A stretch of DNA of 25,832 bases from a virus (lineage: Duplodnaviria; Caudoviricetes), in IMG/VR virus record IMGVR_UViG_3300034283_002348, positions 1 to 25,832 of that record; one strand, given 5' to 3'. The position numbers and the translations under genes were made by a program. This document shows, piece after piece, positions 23,576 to 25,832 of this stretch (its first letter is position 1; each line of letters starts with the position of its first letter). The notes under the pieces are model-generated. The model was given only the letters and a program-made list of their open reading frames with translations. It was not told where the DNA came from and made no database searches.

Positions 23576-25216
23576 TTATTTTTGTAATTGTAGTAGCTGT
23601 TCTTCTACAGTATCTATTTCTTGAGATAATTCTTGTAAAGCTTTAACTAAAGAAGCAAAGAAATGATCATATCCTATTCTGTAAGATTTTTCAGTTCCTT
23701 TTACACCATCCCATTTTACATCTAAATTATCTAAAATTTGAAGGATTTCTTGAGCTATTACACCATATCTTTCTTTATCTCGAGTTAATGTACCGTCTTT
23801 TTGTCCAAACTCAAAACCACATTTTTTAACGTATAATTCTCGGTTGTCCCAATTAAAACTTACAGGACGAATTTGGTTTATAAATTGTAAACCTAATTTT
23901 TCGTTTAAAGGTTCTATGTTAGTTTTATCTCTACGATCTGAAGGGGAAGACCATTGTAGCTGAATGCAATTACATACGTTATTGTAGGCATTACCCCATA
24001 CCCCATGATCATCATTATTACATGTAGTTGCACCAAATCCTATAGCAATTGTACCTGCAATATTATATGTACTTTGAGCTGATGCGCCTATAATAATATT
24101 ATTGCTTCTACCTATTAGACACATACCTGCTTCATAACCAATTATAATATTTCCATTAGCAGTTGTAAGGGCACATCCCGCATTATTTCCTATTAAAACA
24201 TTATTATTTCCTGTAGTTAGAGCACTTCCTGCATATACTCCAACAGCCATGTTTTCATTACATTGGCCTCCTTTAGAAAAAAAACCAATAGATACGGAAG
24301 CTCCAGTACTACTTTGACTACAGGCACCTATATGTAAAGTCCTAGCTGTGCTAGTATTACCTATAGCTGCTTTATATCCTAGGGCGGTGGATTGGCATAA
24401 ACTAGTATTAGCACAAGCAGCATATGCTCCTATAGCGTTAGCGGCATATCCTGTGGAAGCGGCCCCGGCATTAAATCCTAAAAATCCTGAACGGTTTGTA
24501 TTTGAAGAACAGCCAGCATTCACACCTACGTGACTTTGAGCTACTTGACCTACTACGCTTTTACCGGCATTAGATCCTATAAACATGTTAGCGTTACCGG
24601 CAGTATTAGAACCACCTGCACAAAAACCTACAGCAACTAGATATCCTGAGGTTAGTTGACGTAGGGCGCATGTACCAATTGCTACAGCAAAATTATTGCC
24701 TGGGTTACTTACACTTATAGCGCAATAACCTATAGCTGTCATAGCTCCTCTACCGGTAAGGTTGTACCCAGCTTTTACCCCTACTAGTCTTACTCCGGAG
24801 GTTGATGAAAAGCCTGATCTCCATCCTATAAAAACAGCATTATCACCACCTGTAGTTTGGCATCTACCTGCTTGTGCCCCTAGAGCTGTAATATAACCGC
24901 TAGTAGTTTGAGCTACCAAAGTAGCTTGCCCTATAGCAGTATTACTTCTACCGGTAGTTAATGCTGTATGTGCATTAAATCCAATTGATGTATTTTGGAA
25001 TCCACTATTTACAGCATCAGCAGCATATGCTCCTACAGTTGTATTTCCTCCTCCGGTAGTATTAGAAGTTAAAGCATTGATTCCAATTGCAGTATTATTA
25101 CCTCCTGAGGTGTTTAGTTTTAAAGCATTTAAACCAAAAGCTGTATTAGTAGCTACTGAACTATTACCTTTCCCAGCTGTCAGAGTATCTATAGTGGATT
25201 CTAATAAAGTAGCCAT
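23576..25216 (-). CDS. Cys-rich beta-roll fibre/spike protein with C-terminal S74 intramolecular chaperone
   Basis: Same repeats; SDRRDK, RPVSFNWD, YGVIAQE. Confidence 0.85.
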   Translation of the reverse strand: MATLLESTIDTLTAGKGNSSVATNTAFGLNALKLNTSGGNNTAIGINALTSNTTGGGNTTVGAYAADAVNSGFQNTSIGFNAHTALTTGRSNTAIGQATLVAQTTSGYITALGAQAGRCQTTGGDNAVFIGWRSGFSSTSGVRLVGVKAGYNLTGRGAMTAIGYCAISVSNPGNNFAVAIGTCALRQLTSGYLVAVGFCAGGSNTAGNANMFIGSNAGKSVVGQVAQSHVGVNAGCSSNTNRSGFLGFNAGAASTGYAANAIGAYAACANTSLCQSTALGYKAAIGNTSTARTLHIGACSQSSTGASVSIGFFSKGGQCNENMAVGVYAGSALTTGNNNVLIGNNAGCALTTANGNIIIGYEAGMCLIGRSNNIIIGASAQSTYNIAGTIAIGFGATTCNNDDHGVWGNAYNNVCNCIQLQWSSPSDRRDKTNIEPLNEKLGLQFINQIRPVSFNWDNRELYVKKCGFEFGQKDGTLTRDKERYGVIAQEILQILDNLDVKWDGVKGTEKSYRIGYDHFFASLVKALQELSQEIDTVEEQLLQLQK

Positions 25217-25218
25217 AG

Positions 25219-25832
25219 TTACTTGTTTTCAAGTTTAAGGATTCTACTAATTAATTCTTTTATAGTTTTTTCGTGACTATCTACTTTATCGCTTAATTCT
25301 TTGACAGCCTCCACCAATACGGCGGTAATGCGCTGATAGCGTAGACTCTCTACCTCTCCGTCTTTAGTTTCTACTAGTTCTGGATATATCTTGTAGACGT
25401 CGTCGGCAATAAATCCTATTTGTCTTGTTTGGTCCTCTATGCGGGTGAAGTAGACACCTTTCATTTGACGGACGTTCTGCAGGGATTCAGAGATGGCTTC
25501 GATATCCTTTTTATACTTAAGTGCAGAGGTTTCAGTCAGGGCAGCTACGCTTAAAGTAGTGCCGTTGAAGGTCATGTTGGCACTACCGGCTGGGTTGTTA
25601 GATCCGTCTTTAAATACTACCTGGTTAGCAGCTCCTGCTACTGGTCCGGTTATACCTTGAGTACCTTGAGTACCAGTAGTACCTTGAGTACCTTGAGTAC
25701 CTTGAGTTGCAGTACCAGTAGTACCTTGAGTACCTTGAGTACCTTGAGTTGCAGTACCAGTTATACCTTGGATACCTTGTGTTGCAGTACCGGTAGTACC
25801 TTGAGTACCTTGGATACCTTGTGTTGCAGTAC
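25219..25832 (-). CDS. Collagen-like fibre protein with C-terminal S74 chaperone (5' end beyond the window)
   Basis: The 118-aa ORF in the track is only the C-terminus. The frame stays open to the window end through G-T-Q/G-T-T/G-I-Q triplets. S74 motifs: TSALKYKKDI, GFIADDV..IYPELV, LRY......LVEAVKEL. Confidence 0.85.
   Translation of the reverse strand, partial: TATQGIQGTQGTTGTATQGIQGITGTATQGTQGTQGTTGTATQGTQGTQGTTGTQGTQGITGPVAGAANQVVFKDGSNNPAGSANMTFNGTTLSVAALTETSALKYKKDIEAISESLQNVRQMKGVYFTRIEDQTRQIGFIADDVYKIYPELVETKDGEVESLRYQRITAVLVEAVKELSDKVDSHEKTIKELISRILKLENK
25642..25832 (-). repeat. Collagen-like tandem repeat (9-nt GGTACTCAA units with periodic 15-nt GGTACTGCAAC(A/T)CAA units)
   Basis: Directly visible repeats of accttgagt on the + strand. 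Confidence 0.9.

Noticed and set aside
262-24533. Short plus-strand ORFs in the track (262, 1128, 3508, 8227, 9149, 10162, 11530, 20525, 24348)
   Set aside because: They are antisense shadows lying wholly within well-supported minus-strand genes and have no recognisable motifs.
25642-25832. CRISPR-like array
   Set aside because: The repeats are contiguous 9- and 15-nt in-frame coding units with no spacers.
1-25832. Stop-codon reassignment
   Set aside because: Long genes are intact in the standard code, and TAG, TGA and TAA all end genes at sensible boundaries.

Overview
A 25.8-kb, entirely minus-strand, densely packed structural region of a large contractile-tailed (myovirus-like) bacteriophage, using the standard genetic code. 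The host is probably Bacteroidota, inferred from SD-less A-rich translation starts and promoter shape. In transcription order (right to left) it carries: the 3' end of a Thr/Gln collagen-like fibre with an S74 intramolecular chaperone; three tandem Cys-rich beta-roll fibre paralogues, each with an S74 chaperone; a five-gene cassette of putative glycan-modifying enzymes (hypothetical, sulfotransferase, GT9-like glycosyltransferase, GH130/DUF377-like beta-propeller, TPR-FkbM-like methyltransferase) under host-sigma-type promoters; a ~10-kb array of eight LamG/ConA-fold paralogues with swappable inserted domains, plus a fibrinogen-like protein and small spacer genes; a Pro-rich LamG-like protein; tail sheath; tail tube; a gp26-like tail assembly chaperone; and the 5' end of a probable tape measure gene. 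Features missed by the ORF track include a probable +1/-2 programmed frameshift (TTT TTT T) fusing the chaperone to a start-less gp51-like frame, a TATTTATA motif ahead of most structural genes, three micro-ORFs and a leader peptide. All family assignments come from motif recognition by eye, not from database searches.
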